Assembly (NCBI GenBank): GCA_025201805.1
Contig: MU619344.1
Span: 1-64,000 of the forward strand
Source of the DNA: Parasitella parasitica NRRL 2501
Lineage: Eukaryota > Fungi > Mucoromycota
DNA: 64,000 nt
Direction of reading: 5' to 3'
The notes below the pieces were generated by a model. The model saw nothing but the letters and a program-made list of their open reading frames with translations. It was not told the DNA's origin and did not search any database. This document shows, one piece after another, positions 1 through 12,793 of the stretch. Every line of letters starts with the position of its first letter. Positions within the stretch are counted from its first letter, which is position 1. The position numbers and the translations under genes are program-made.

Positions 1-46
1 ATTTACATATCAAAATTACACATAATCGAAGGTAGGCTTCCATAAA

Positions 47-140
47 GAGCAAATAAAAGCCTGTCCTATGCGCCATAAGTACAGGCATGATCATCGCTAT
101 ATGAGCATAACTTGATTTCCACTGGGCAATGTCTCTATCA
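47..140 (+). repeat. ~94-bp dispersed repeat, near-identical copy at 45257-45350
   Basis: AAAGCCTGTC(C/T)TATGCGCCATAAGTACAGGCATGATCATCGCTATATGAGCATAACTTGATTTCCACTGGGC(A/G)ATGTCTCTATCA occurs at both positions in direct orientation. Confidence 0.9.
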
Positions 141-409
141 AACGTTTCTCGGTTTTCTGTATCGGAGTTTAAAAATCACGTGTTTGTGGTATGTTGGTAG
201 GGAATTGCGTGATACGTTTTGAAATGATTCTCTGGGGTGTGTTTTAATGTTGTGGATTACTATTGATTATTAAAAAAGGTTTCAAATCGGTTCAAGTATG
301 TCTGAGGAGTGTTATATTGGATAATCAAAGATACTGAGATTCAGTATAATTCTATTAAAGTGAGTAGATAGACTCCATCTGTTGGACCTTCATCAATCTT
401 AAACCGTAA

Positions 410-925
410 ATATGAAGATTATTAATATCAGTCCATAAGCGTATATCATTTCTAATGTATTCTTATTTTATCTATGTTTATAGCACATGTTAGCGTGTAT
501 CACTTGATATTTAATACCTTAGCATATATCTGTATATGTACCATGTCATTGGCACATCTATGACATTGCACATATTGTACAAGTCTGTAGTGTATAATGT
601 ATTTGTAGCTAGTATCATGTATATTTGTATATGTCTTGTAGTGCGTATCTGGAAGCTGGAGGATATGCAACTAAAGCATAGATCCTAAATGGCACAAGCT
701 CGTAACACGTACTAAACGTATAAATGTCATGGCTCATGTCAGAATTACATAAAAGTCTATAGTGTCATCCGTCCTAATGTTGCCATCTCTAGCCTATACC
801 TTATAGTATAAATATGTATATTACATCTTATTTAATGCGCACAAATGTATTATATATCAATTTATTATAATTGGACGAGTCTAGAAGTGGAATGCAGATC
901 ATAATAATAGTGAATGCATTTTACA
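410..925 (+). mobile_element. Non-coding repeat unit equal to one arm of the 40.4-41.45 kb foldback element
   Basis: Collinear similarity to 40915-41451 (GAAGATTATTAATATCA, TGTACAAGTCTGTAGT, GCGTATCTGGAA, TGCCATCTCTAGCCTATACCTTATA, TCTAGAAGTG, TAGTGAATG). Confidence 0.8.
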
Positions 926-1411
926 TAGCCAAATGTCTGTTATTAATTATGGAAATGATAAAAAATGTTTTTGAGCATGCATTTTGATGGAAACGTCGCT
1001 TAAAGAAAATCAAGTAATATTCAAATATTCTTAATCATGTCTGTTTTAAGCTTGACTAAAACAGGGTTTACATTCAGGTTTGTATGAAAACCTGTATGCG
1101 TTTATATACGGTATAAAAACCTTTTTTTTTTTTCTGATATAGATATTTACGTTGGTTTTTTTTCCATTTTCCAGGTTCGATCTTATCTCTACTGTCTATT
1201 TAGAAGATTAACTAGATAGTTACTTTGACCTGTTCACATCTCTTGGAATCCATTAACTGAAACAAAAAATAATTAAGGCCGTACAATAGCAAAACATAAT
1301 CAAGGTCTTTTCTAATTGCTCAATCTTATTTCGATCCTCTACATTCTACTTTTATTTCTGTATTCATCCACCTTCAGCCCCATTTTATATAGACACAATT
1401 TTGATTAGTTT

Positions 1412-3228
1412 GTGAGCAATTTTCAAAGTTTATCGAATTGTTCAATATATCTCAACGCATTGACCGTGAAAAGTTTCATTGCTTCGGCCACTGCAATCCT
1501 GTATGCAACTTATAAATTCGTTTCCAGCAAGAGCAAAAGAAAGATCCGAAAACAGGGGCTTAAAGAAATCCCCATTCCTGGGCCATGTTATCCTTACGTA
1601 GGGCACATGTTTTCCATGGTGATTTACCTGGAAAAGCTGTTTCTGAATGGCATAGAGAATTGGGTCCTATCATCAATATCAAGATGGGATGTCAAGACTG
1701 ATTTATCGTGGATGACCCAAATTTAGCTCACAAAATCTTCGTGACTAATGGTGCAAATACTTCATTCAGACCCTATCGTATGAATATTATAGTTTCAAGG
1801 GAAAGTAAGGATACATTTATCAAAGTGTGTTGTGAGTTTTCCATGTTTAATTAAATAAGTAATGTTATAAATTTAGAGGTTTCGTGTTTTCTCAGCCAAA
1901 CACATCTTGGAAAATGTTCAGATTACCGCACCCAAATTGATCGAAAAAAATTATATGGACTCTATTCGAAATGAATCCTCTCAGCTTGCAAAGCGACTAA
2001 TGCACGCTACAGATATCAATGGCAGTGCTGATCCACTAAAGCATCTCGAATTATTAACATTGAATGTCATGTTCAATGCTGAGTTTGGAAGAAGCTTTAG
2101 TAATACTGACGATCCTGAATTTCGCTCCTTGGAAAAAGTGGAATAGTATTTAATACAAAGCTTTTTTATTCATCAATTTTAGGATTTTTTTACAGATAGA
2201 AACCACGATGAAGCTTGCTAATTTAAGCAATGACTTACCCAGTTTCTTGCCCGCCCTTGCTGTTGTTGATTATTTCGTAGGTACATAAGCTAAGATGAAG
2301 AGCTTCATAAATGAAAATTAATCAAAGAAGCTTTACAAAAAGAAGGGCCCAATGTCATCAAATCAGTTGGAGAGAATGGCTATGTAATGGACGAAGAAGA
2401 TATGATTGTCTTTATGTGTATGTATACATTTCCATTCATTTTTTTGTTTATACAAAAAATTAATATGTACTATTAATTTTATTATCTTCGCATAGCCGAC
2501 CTAATCGCTGCTGGCACTGACACTATTTCTGTCAGCATGTCATGGCAATATGCCATCCTGTGTAGATAACCTGATCTCCAAAAGAGAGTCTCTGCAGAAA
2601 TTGATGAATTCGTCAAAGTTCATGGTCGTATACCCAATTTCAATGAAAGAGACCAGATTCCTCTCTGTATTTCTGTAATGAAAGAATGCATGAGATATAG
2701 GCCAACAAGTTCTTTCAGTGTCTCTCATTCAACTGCTAAAGACAGTAAGTACTACAACTTAATATTAAAATCAAATATCATAGAGCATTAAGTGATATTA
2801 CAGTTATTGTCGATGGATATTTGATTCCCAAAAATTGTATCATTGTTACTAATATGGGAAGCATGTGCAATAACGCTGAGCGTTATGAGAATCCACTTGA
2901 ATTCAATCCTGAAAGATTTATGGATAATCTTACGACAATGCAAGCTTCAGCAAATGGTGAAATTGATCACCGAGATCACTATAATTTTGGTTGGGGTCGA
3001 CGTATCTGTCCTGGTATTTATTTGGTAAATTGATCTTGGTATTCTGCATTGCAGGCCGAGGTTGAAATCTTCTTTGCTTTTCTTCAGGTATTTGCTAGAT
3101 GTTTTATTGAGCCATTAGTACCCGGTGAATATCCTGACATTGAAGGAGGAGTAAACGCTGGTCTTACTGTATTGCCCTTTGCATACAGTGTCAGGTTTAC
3201 TAGGCTTGCTGATGCACTCATTCTGTAA
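1412..3228 (+). pseudogene. Cytochrome P450 pseudogene
   Basis: N-terminal anchor and PIPGP hinge, I-helix LIAAGTDT, K-helix KECMR, NPERF and heme motif FGWGRRICPG; stop at 3226-3228. Disabled by a frameshift at ~1619, in-frame TAA at 2286 and 2567, and no ATG at the expected start. Confidence 0.85.
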
Positions 3229-3396
3229 ATATTGTCTTTTACAATACAGCAAAACGCTTTGCTATTGTTCCTGTTGCAACAGGTCTGGACAAATTAATAA
3301 CCTCTGGCCAACATTTTTAGGGGTCAATTGCTAATAAAATACACTTTATACTCTAATCTATAATAATATATATAATCGTTTATTTAATACAGAAAA

Positions 3397-4132
3397 CTAT
3401 TTACTACGAGCATAATATTCGTAAGCAAGAGAGTGAAATTCGGGGGGGAAAGGCGAAGGGATCTCTGTACGGCCAGGTCTTGAGATGGGTGATCTCAAGA
3501 ACACAGTCTGACAAGTATTGTAGTTGACTTCGAGATATTCTGGAATAAACAAGAAAGGTTGCGAAAATGGTTTGGGAGTGAAATCAAGCTCTTGGCCCTT
3601 TTCACCCTTCAAGAACTGAATAGCTTGAGGATCCACTGTTACAACATCTCCGTCCTTCAATTTATGAGAGGGATAAGCCAACTAATTGATACAAATGTCA
3701 ATCCATTGGGTCTCCGTGTCTCTCATTTTACTAGTAGCTTACCTTTTTACCATTCACCAATACCTTACCATGAACACATAATTGACGAGCAGCGTAAATG
3801 GAAGGACAGAAATTTGAACGAAAAATGACAAAATCCAAGCGACGTTCTAATTCAGCGAAAGATAGCACAGCAACAGGAGGATGAGCTTGGCCTGCGTCAG
3901 TTGAAGAATGCACAGTGGGTAATTTGGGGTCGAAGAATTTGTTTTTAAATTGACGTTCTGTCACTTCATCACCGTGATAAGCTCGAGTTTCTCTTTTAGC
4001 TATCCATTTCTGCTGGAAAAGTGTCTTGTTGTTGAAATTAGCAAGTTCTTTGTGTGCTATGTTGTACAAATTGTATTTATTCCAGGACATACGTCCTAAT
4101 TTTCTTGATAAACTGTAAATAGGCTTTCTCAT
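3397..4132 (-). CDS. NAM9: Mitochondrial small-subunit ribosomal protein S4 (uS4m, Nam9-like), 2 exons
   Basis: [33 protein letters not shown]4 domain [31 protein letters not shown]-terminal [18 protein letters not shown]; intron ~3682-3742. Confidence 0.92.
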
Positions 4133-5587
4133 TTTCTTGCTAAAGGAAGAGAAGAAAAGCAAGGGGATGTGGAGGGGTAACAAATAAAGATCACATCTAT
4201 TGAACTGCCGATATTCAACTTGTCTTGCTACTCAAGTTTCTGACAGGCTTCCCAGTCACCAAAATCATAGAGTATCCTGCAATGATTCTACAGTACTCAT
4301 AGGTAGTCTGCATGATATTACCGTGTGGTCTATGTCATTGAGCTAGAGAAGCGTGATAACTTGGCCGAAAGGTCAATCATCAAGGGAAATGCGTCAGGTA
4401 TTGCTCGCGGTCCGAGAGACCAGTGAAAAAATCAAATATAGTGCTTAGCCTCTATGTATTGATGAAACAAGACGATGAAATTTGAAACTTTGACGACCAA
4501 TGCATCACATCATGTTCTCTAATCATTATCTCAGAGATTTGTTGGTTTTGGGCCATGCTATCAAATTTGAAAATTTTTACTTTTTTTCGCCATTCAATCT
4601 CTTTGCAATATAAATACTAATTACTTTGCACAAGAAAAGTACCAGCACTGATGCATTACATACCAGCCACATATGCCCACCAATTGACTTGTTTAACGTT
4701 GGCATAACTGACTATAAAGGCGAATTGATCGCTTGATCTACGTTCTTGTAAATGGATTTTATTCAGAACACAGACAGAATCTGCTTGATTAAAAAAAAAA
4801 TTGAATCTGAAGAGTGAGGACGATTACATAGAGAGACGAAGGTTATAGATTCCTCTTCACGATCATGTAACTTTCAAATTTTCTGTCAACGACTTTTTAA
4901 CAGAAGATTTTAGTATAAAATTGTCAATCAAATAATTATATGCAATCATGTACTTGTGCAGACTTTTGAAGGAATCAAACAACCTGGAAACGCATTTCTA
5001 GAAACGTTGACGTATAGGCCTTAAGATATAAAAAGGCAATAACCTTTAGTCAAAACACACAAGATTAATGAACTGATGTCTGCTAATTGTACCAATCCTC
5101 ATACACATCGTACAAATTATCCCACAAAACACTATTGCTGTCAATCCTTTTTGCCAAACTGTTGATACTAGGATAGGCAACCTCACATATATTCTAAATG
5201 CCTTTAGCAGTAACATACAATAATATGAAAACCAAATCCAGTAGTTGGAAGTAATGCTCTTTCAATATTTGCTACAGCTCCAAAAATTAACATGACTTAA
5301 CGATGATGCTTTTACAAAAATCAAAGATCTCGAGGGAAAGGTGAGCGTATTTAATTGAATATATTATTTAGATTACCAAAATATGCTTTATAAGGTAATT
5401 TGGCTTGGCCAAAAGCGCAAATTGGGTTTGTGCCAGTTTGCTGTACAATGCGAAATACAAGTAATGAACAAAGAATGAAGTGGAATACATTCAACAAAAA
5501 ACAATATGCATAAAAGGAAGATGAAAAAGAGAAAAGGAACTATTCTCAGAGGGAATTAAATACTGTGTACAATGTATATCGATAGCA

Positions 5588-7117
5588 CTAAGCTTCAAAA
5601 TGTTGTCTCTGATGAGTGGTATCCGCAAACTTGTCGTCCACCATTTTACAGCGTAGCTGAGCTCTTTTTGCTTCTTTATACCAATTAACCGAGTACAAAA
5701 AAGCGACTTCTCCTGCCGCAACCAAGAATAAGGCCAATGATAAGCCAGTCCATAGACCCATCAGAGCCCAGTTGAGCTTAAACGTCAGATAAAAACCAAA
5801 TGGCAACGCAACTACATAATATGCGACAAGATTGATCCAAGCTGCTACGCTCTGTCTACCGAGACCGCGAATGATACCGCCGCCAACTGAAGCGATCCCA
5901 TCCGTTACTTGGAAAATAGCACACAGAGGCAACACGCGCGCTACCATGTCAATGACATCACGATCAGAACTAAACAAATATCCTAAGCGAGTACGAGAAA
6001 TGAGAAAGAATGTCGAATTGATTAATCCAAAGGCGATAGCAAAAAAGAGAGCTGTATGAGATGCAATGCGTGCTTTGTAAGAGAAACTAGCGCCTAGCGC
6101 ATTGCCGATTCGATTTGTAGCTGCAACTGCAATGCCCATAGGTATGCAATATGTTGCCGAGCTTAATGTCAACAAAATGCTTTGTGCTGCCAGATCGGTA
6201 GTGCCTAGATAGCTCGCTGCCAAAGAAGATACTTCAAACGCTGTCCATTCAGCGCAAATAATAACGATGCCACTACTCGCTAACTTGATGAAAGGCCACC
6301 AATCTGTCAGACACTCGCGAGACCAGCCTCCCCAGCCTTCGCTTCCCTGTACAAATTTGATGTACGCCAGCAGCAGTAAGAACATGAGCCAGTAACTAAA
6401 GCTTGTTGCTAACGGAGCACCAATGAAACCCAGGCCAAATGTGTATACAAACACGTAATTCAAGACGAAATTGAGAGGGGCAGTAACGATCATGGAGTAA
6501 GTAGAGGCATGCATGATCCCCTGTGCTTGGAGGTATCTTTTTGTAGCTTCGAAAGCCATATATGCAGGAGCACCAGGCAGCAAATACCTCAAAAAAAGAC
6601 CAGCGAATTCAGCCAGCTGTTGGTCCTGATTAAATTTCAACATGATTGGAGTGGCGTTTAACCACACACAGGCTATAGGAACATATAACAACGCCAATAC
6701 CAAATAAGCTCTTTGCAGATGAACACCAATAATTTTTTTATCTTTTGCGCCAGTCCATGATTGACTGCATAGAGTGTCTAATGCAGTTGTTGTGCCATAT
6801 GCGATACTCCAGGCTGACACATTGACAAACATTGACGCTAAAGCTGAAGCGCCTAATTCGACAGATCCGAGATGTCCTAATGTAAATATACTTGCCAATT
6901 GAAACGAAGTTTGCAGCAGGTAAGTCCCGATAATGGGCAAACTGTTGAAAAGTAACCATTTGAATTCTTTTCGTACAGTTGTATAATCCTCCAAATTACT
7001 ATGTTGTTTTCCGATTAAAGGTGTTGATTCTGTCAATGTCAGTGACAATGTAGAAGAGGAGATAGAGCAAACATCATCTGGCTGTTGATGCTGCTGTTGG
7101 TATATTCGTTTTGACAT
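5588..7117 (-). CDS. MATE (multidrug and toxic compound extrusion) family transporter, ERC1-like, intronless
   Basis: Two MatE halves: LGHLGSVELGASAL, ALDTLCSQSWTG, RYLQAQG, EWTAFE, RIGNALGA, GGIIRGLGRQ; many TM segments. Likely ATG (MSKRIY) follows an A-rich leader. Confidence 0.93.
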   Translation of the reverse strand: MSKRIYQQQHQQPDDVCSISSSTLSLTLTESTPLIGKQHSNLEDYTTVRKEFKWLLFNSLPIIGTYLLQTSFQLASIFTLGHLGSVELGASALASMFVNVSAWSIAYGTTTALDTLCSQSWTGAKDKKIIGVHLQRAYLVLALLYVPIACVWLNATPIMLKFNQDQQLAEFAGLFLRYLLPGAPAYMAFEATKRYLQAQGIMHASTYSMIVTAPLNFVLNYVFVYTFGLGFIGAPLATSFSYWLMFLLLLAYIKFVQGSEGWGGWSRECLTDWWPFIKLASSGIVIICAEWTAFEVSSLAASYLGTTDLAAQSILLTLSSATYCIPMGIAVAATNRIGNALGASFSYKARIASHTALFFAIAFGLINSTFFLISRTRLGYLFSSDRDVIDMVARVLPLCAIFQVTDGIASVGGGIIRGLGRQSVAAWINLVAYYVVALPFGFYLTFKLNWALMGLWTGLSLALFLVAAGEVAFLYSVNWYKEAKRAQLRCKMVDDKFADTTHQRQHFEA

Positions 7118-7809
7118 TCTCGTTTTTTTTTTTTTAAAAAAAAATTTTTTTGTTGTTGAAAAAAGGAGAGAAACAAGCGAAGCGACATGATGGATTGGTG
7201 GCAGTTTTATAACCGAAAACATCGAAATAGAAAGAAAAAAAAGTGAAACAAAACGTACTGATTTATACACATGTGCACAACCCGATATAGAGCATACACG
7301 TTAGTGTTACATTGAATATAAAACTTTTTTTGAGATAATGTAATAATACTTTGGCTTCTTCGTCGTTGCTATGTGTACATTCTGATGACAAAGTTCTGTA
7401 GATTTCGTTGCCATGGCAGCAATACGTTCATGACAAGAAGAATTGATTTCGGACTTTTTTAGTAGAGTGCATTTAGTCTGTAGCCACATACATCATACCT
7501 CCTAATGGAGATTTAGCTCCTTTCCCAGAACAGATTGACAAGGAGAGATTGCAGAAGTAGAAGAGGCCAAAAGTCCTCATAACAAGAGGAAGGCTGATGA
7601 TGATATACTCTAAAGCAAATTGCTGTTATTTGTATCTTGGCTATTTATTTCAAGTATTTGTTTATGTTTCTCTCTCGAGATACAGAAAAAGGAAGAGTGA
7701 CGCATTGTAAGATACGTCGCATTACAGTTGCAATGTTCTTCTTTTTTTCGGTTTTTTTTTTGTTTTGTTTTTTGGTCTTTTTTTTTTCTTATAAGCATAC
7801 ACACATACA

Positions 7810-8264
7810 ATGCTTGTTGATTGCTGTGTTATTATTATTACCTTGATATTTCCACCTCTTGGTGTTTTTCTAATGTTTGGGTGTGGTGCTGATTTCTGTA
7901 TTAATCTGTAGCGTATCATTCACGACTTTTTTTTTTACATCTTGAAAACTGATTTTATCGAAATTGTAGATGCCTAACGATGCTCGGGTTTCTACCAGGA
8001 TTTGTCCATGCCTTTTATTTAATGATAACTCGCTCTAATAAACCTATTAGATATGGAGTATATCAACCTGCACCTACAGGTAGGCCATCTCATCCTCAAG
8101 GCGGATATCCATCATACGGGTATACTCAAGGATCTCCCTCACAAGGGCCATCTCAGCCATATCCTCATCCTCCACAGAGTTATCCCCCACCACCACAAGG
8201 ATATAAACCAGCTCCAAACAATGCTAATCCGTCTTTACAGCAGCCCCCACCCCCATATAAATAA
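7810..8264 (+). CDS. Pmp3/UPF0057 plasma-membrane proteolipid with Pro/Gln/Tyr-rich C-terminal tail
   Basis: Spliced (intron 7908-7969): MLVDCCVIIITLIFPPLGVFLMFGCGADFCINLCLTMLGFLPGFVHAFY, the typical PMP3 signature; tail ends QPPPPYK. Confidence 0.9.
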
Positions 8265-8305
8265 AAGTAAAGTTTGTATATTGGTGTTACATTGAGCACA
8301 GACCT

Positions 8306-10936
8306 TTATTTTGCAGCAGATCTCTGCCTTGTTTGGTCATTGTTGTCTTCAAACAATGATGTGCTCGTTCCAGATGTAACAGACAGCAAGCTTGCTTTCT
8401 TAACAAACTTGTTACGCTCCGTCAAGTAGTTTGAATAATCTCCCCAAAGTTTTCGTGGAAACATGAATACTTTTTTACCCCATTTCATGATGTAAATGAC
8501 GATCCATACACCCAAGGCGAATACTAGAAATATAAAATCATTTTAGTATCTCCAGAAAGGGTGTAGAACTTAAAAAAGCTTTTACCTGTCAGTAAATAAG
8601 ATAGTAAGGCATAACCTGTATCCATCCACGGATTCTTGGCTCGTTTTGATAATATAGATTCAACGTCAACTTCCAATCTCTTAAGCTACATGCGCAAGTA
8701 TATTCACGATGACATTAATAACGAAAAATCGACATAAATCTGTACTTACAGCAGAGTAATGTGATTCAGGAATATCCTTGATATATGTCTCCATTCGAGC
8801 TCTAAAATCTTTCATGTCTATTTGCACATCTGCTACTAAATCTTCTGTGTTAAGGAGAGATGACTTGAATTCAACCAATTCAGATTTTAGTGATTTAATC
8901 AGACAACTTATTTCCTCTTGGCGGTATGTAAAAGGATCTCTTGATTTTACAGCTGCATGGTCGATGTACATGGATTGTGCATTTCGATTATAAGGGCTTC
9001 TTTGTGAAAGCATTTCCCGAGCCGGTCGAAGAATAACGCCGGATAAAGATGAAGTTGATGAGGAGGATGAATTAGTAGATGCGAATGATGAGCCTGATGA
9101 TGATGACGATGCAAAGGGTATAGAGTCAGGTCTTTGGGTAGAGGGCGTAAGCGAAGGCTGGGAGTGGGTACGTGAAAATTTGGATATTTCGTTTTCGTGA
9201 TGCTGGTATAGATTTAGAGATTCCATGGTATCAATGTGGTCTTGCAAGAAACTCTATAAAAGAGAGAGTACATTTTGGCACTTGTAATATGTTTCTCTTT
9301 CTATCAAGCTTACCTTGGACTCCTTTTTAAAATCATCTAGAACAACAAGCTTACTTTCAATATCTTGTAACATAGTGTCAAATTCTTCCAATTCATTAAT
9401 CCTGTCAGCATCGTTATTTGGATCCCCAAACACAGATACATGCAAGTCAAGTAAAGGCCCCTGATCTGATGGTTCTTCCGACGACAATTGTATCAACTTT
9501 ATAAATTCAATATTATCCGAACGTGTCGTAGTCAAGACAGCTATATCTCTCACTGGATTGCTTCTGTAGTCGATCTTTTCTCCTTCGCCAACAATCAAGT
9601 CTCGATAGTAGATAATATTTTTGCGGTTGTTTTCATCCTCTGCATCATCATCATCCTCTTCATCTTCATCTTCGTCCTCGTCTTGTTCATAGTAGTCGTC
9701 TTCGTCGTTTTCTTGCATTAGACTACTGCCCACGTCGCTGATATTTGCTGAACTACTATCTTGTCTATATTTGACAACCATTCTCTTTCGCTCTACCTTG
9801 CCTTTATGTCGATACGCATCGATTAAACCCTTCACTTCGGTTGGTAGTGTAAAATAATCAAAGTTCATGACAATCACTTGTTCCTTTTCTTTGTCCACTT
9901 GCAGTTCAGATTGACGCTCTAACTGTGTTGGATCATCAGGAGCAGCATATGCGTGACCTACTTGCTCGTCTTGATCTTCGTCAGAAGAGACATTCAAGAG
10001 GAAATCAGATCGAGTTTCATGTGAATCGTCGTTTACTTGTTCGAAATAAACATTGTCTGGTTTTTCTTGTCCATGTCCCTGTTTACCAGCATGTTCATCA
10101 TATGAACGCCCTTGGTTTTCTATTTGTGGAGTATGGGCTTCCTTTTGCTGATGCGATGCTTTCTTGTGACCAAGTTTGAGATCTGAAAGGGAGGTAATGT
10201 TGATCGAATGTATGCGAGAGAGTGATTTGTCCTCTTTGGGATTTTTCTGGTAAAACTCATCCGCAATGGTCTCTGCAGGCGATTTGCCAGTGTCTTTTTT
10301 CTTTCCATGCAGCCAAGAACGTCTATGTTCTTGGACAGGGTCTAGTGATGAAGAAAGACTACTTTTAGACGATGAGCTTGTGATGAGATCGGATGATGTT
10401 GTGATGATTGGGATTTCCAATGGTGCGGTACCCGTGGTAGGGAGAGAGCTCGACATTTCTAAAGGCCTTTGTGTAGTGGATGAAGGCTCCGAAGTTTGCC
10501 GATGATGATTTCTAGGCTTATGTTTGCTTTTAGATGTGGTTGCTTGAGGAGTTCCTTTAGGTAATTTCGTTGTCATTTCCGTTAGTGTGTAAATGTCTTG
10601 GACAGACACAGAACCCAAAATATCTATCAAGAGCTTTATCAGTGCATCCTCGATGAAAAAATAAAAACACCATAGCTTACCTTTTTGCGACAGCTCTTTG
10701 GATTGTTTTCGTCGATGAGATTTTTTATCTACTGGGTGAGAAGAGTTTACTTGAACACCGGTTGATTCGAGCCAGCCTCTGGAATTAGCATCGTTTAATT
10801 TGAAGGTGTCGTTGTTAGTATTGTTTTGAGCAACAGATGTCGAAGCAGATAGCGATGAATGACTCCGTGAGTGATGGTTCTTTTTCAGTAGCTTGTTTGG
10901 CTGTTGATTGGTATCTTTGGAAGAGTCTCTAAACAT
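8306..10936 (-). CDS. Uncharacterised multi-exon protein: low-complexity/acidic N-terminus, coiled coils, C-terminal transmembrane segment
   Basis: Same-strand ORFs 9254-11020, 8681-9247 and 8306-8515 joined by GT-AG introns; hydrophobic C-terminal stretch (YALLSYLLT..LGVWIVIYIM). Start MFRDSSK at 10936 is inferred. Confidence 0.75.
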
Positions 10937-11751
10937 TGTGTTGTATATCGAAAAAGCAAAAAATAAAATAAAATAAAAAATAATGAATAAAACTGTACAT
11001 GAGCTTTTAAATAGACTCAAGAATCCATTGGCTGATCACAAATAGCAAATAATTCGTTTGAAAGCTTGAAATGTATCAATCACATAACACACCAAAACAC
11101 TAGACGCCGTTGTATGGTACACTCTGCTATTTTGAAGCTGTTTTAAAAGATGAATACTTTCTCAAGAACTCAGAATAAGGCCAAACAATTGTGCTCAATT
11201 AACAAACCTGAGCTCTCATGAAGTTATATAAGCTGGGCACATAGAGACAAGAATATAGCTACTCTTGCTTCCAATGTTCCTTTTGTGTTCTCAGAGTTAA
11301 GCCTCAATCTATAATTTTACGAAATATATAAACTGTGTTGAGACCTACGAGCCGTCGAAAAGTAGTAAAAATTACTTGAAAGCTGTCTTTTTAGAAAAAT
11401 GCCTAAATTGATCAGAGACAAGCTCGCAGCCATCTTTTGTTTATTCATCACGAAAATACTTCTATATGATTCAACCAATATATACAATAAATATATTCCA
11501 GTATGCTCTGATTGATTTATTATATAGTATGAGTAACACTAATTTAAGCTATTCTCACAGGATTTTGGATAACAATCCCAATTCCCCCGACATAAACAAA
11601 AACAATACGAGCTTTCCTTTTTTTTTTTTCATAGTATCAAAATGACGTTTTTTTATCGAGCGCACTCTTCGCTCATACAATGGCACCTGAAGTAGTCGTG
11701 GTTTTCTTTTCCTTCTTCTTGAGTTATAAATTACTGCTCGTTGTGGTTTAT

Positions 11752-12762
11752 ATGGCGGCTGTCAAACGAAGAAAGAGCAAGAAATCCAACAATGGCACTC
11801 TCAAAAGTGATGGGAGAGAGCTCCCCGAGGACATCATGGCAGATTCGGGTCTGCTGTTTATTGAGCCAAAAGTATTTTACAGACGCAAAAGATTTAACTT
11901 TATAGTGGGAGTTTCGGTGGGCTTACTGGCCATGTACGCTGCGTCAACTACGCCTGTTGCTCAAACGCATCTCAACAACCTGCAAGGCTATGTCATGTTG
12001 CAATTAGCAGATATTGATCTGGCAAACATATTGCCTCAGTCTTACATGGTTGATGAGTTTTTAAGCAACTTTACCAGTTTACTGAGGCCCACGCCATCTA
12101 CAGAGATATCTTTCATGCCAGCAGCCGAATACAAGTAATTTACCTTGGCGTGGTTGAAATTAGGTTTAGTCATTATGCTAACCAGTTTGCTTTTACCGCA
12201 GAGATCAGTTGGATCTAAAGCCTCACTTTCCTGTCGTAATGATACCCGGTGTAGTATCCTCTGGTTTAGAAAGTTGGTCCACTTCTGTAGGTTCAAGAAA
12301 ATATTTCCGCAAAAGGATGTGGGGTTCTATGAGTGAGTATATGCATAGTTTTACATTCCATGTGGTTGCTATGCCAACATTCTTTTATTCTATAGACATG
12401 GTTAGGTCTGTATTATTGGATAAAGAAGACTGGATGAGGAACCTCATGTTAGATCCTGTCACTGGCTTGGATCCTTCAGAGTGCAAAATTAGGGCCGTAC
12501 AGGGTGTCGAGGCCGCCGACTATTTCATCACCGGATATTGGGTGTGGGCCAAAGTGATTGAAAATTTAGCTACGATTGGATATGATACCAACTCGATGCA
12601 TTTTGCATCTTATGATTGGCGTCTATCCTTTGGTAATCTCGAAGTTCGCGACCGTTATTTCTCTCAATTGAAGGCCAAGATTGAATTTAGCAAGTTTTCC
12701 TCCGGGGGCCTTAAAGCTGTCATTGTAACGCATTCTATGGGTAAAGCACTAGAGCCATCTCG

Positions 12763-12793
<31 letters not shown>

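Noticed and set aside
4404-4415. CTCGCGGTCCGA matches part of the antigenomic HDV ribozyme core
   Set aside because: No upstream P1 partner and no proper P3/L3; probably chance.
7117-7270. N-terminal extensions in the ORF track (MATE, NAM9, LRO1 and others)
   Set aside because: They rely on GTG/TTG starts or run through T/A-rich leaders; downstream ATGs in A-rich context fit the families better.
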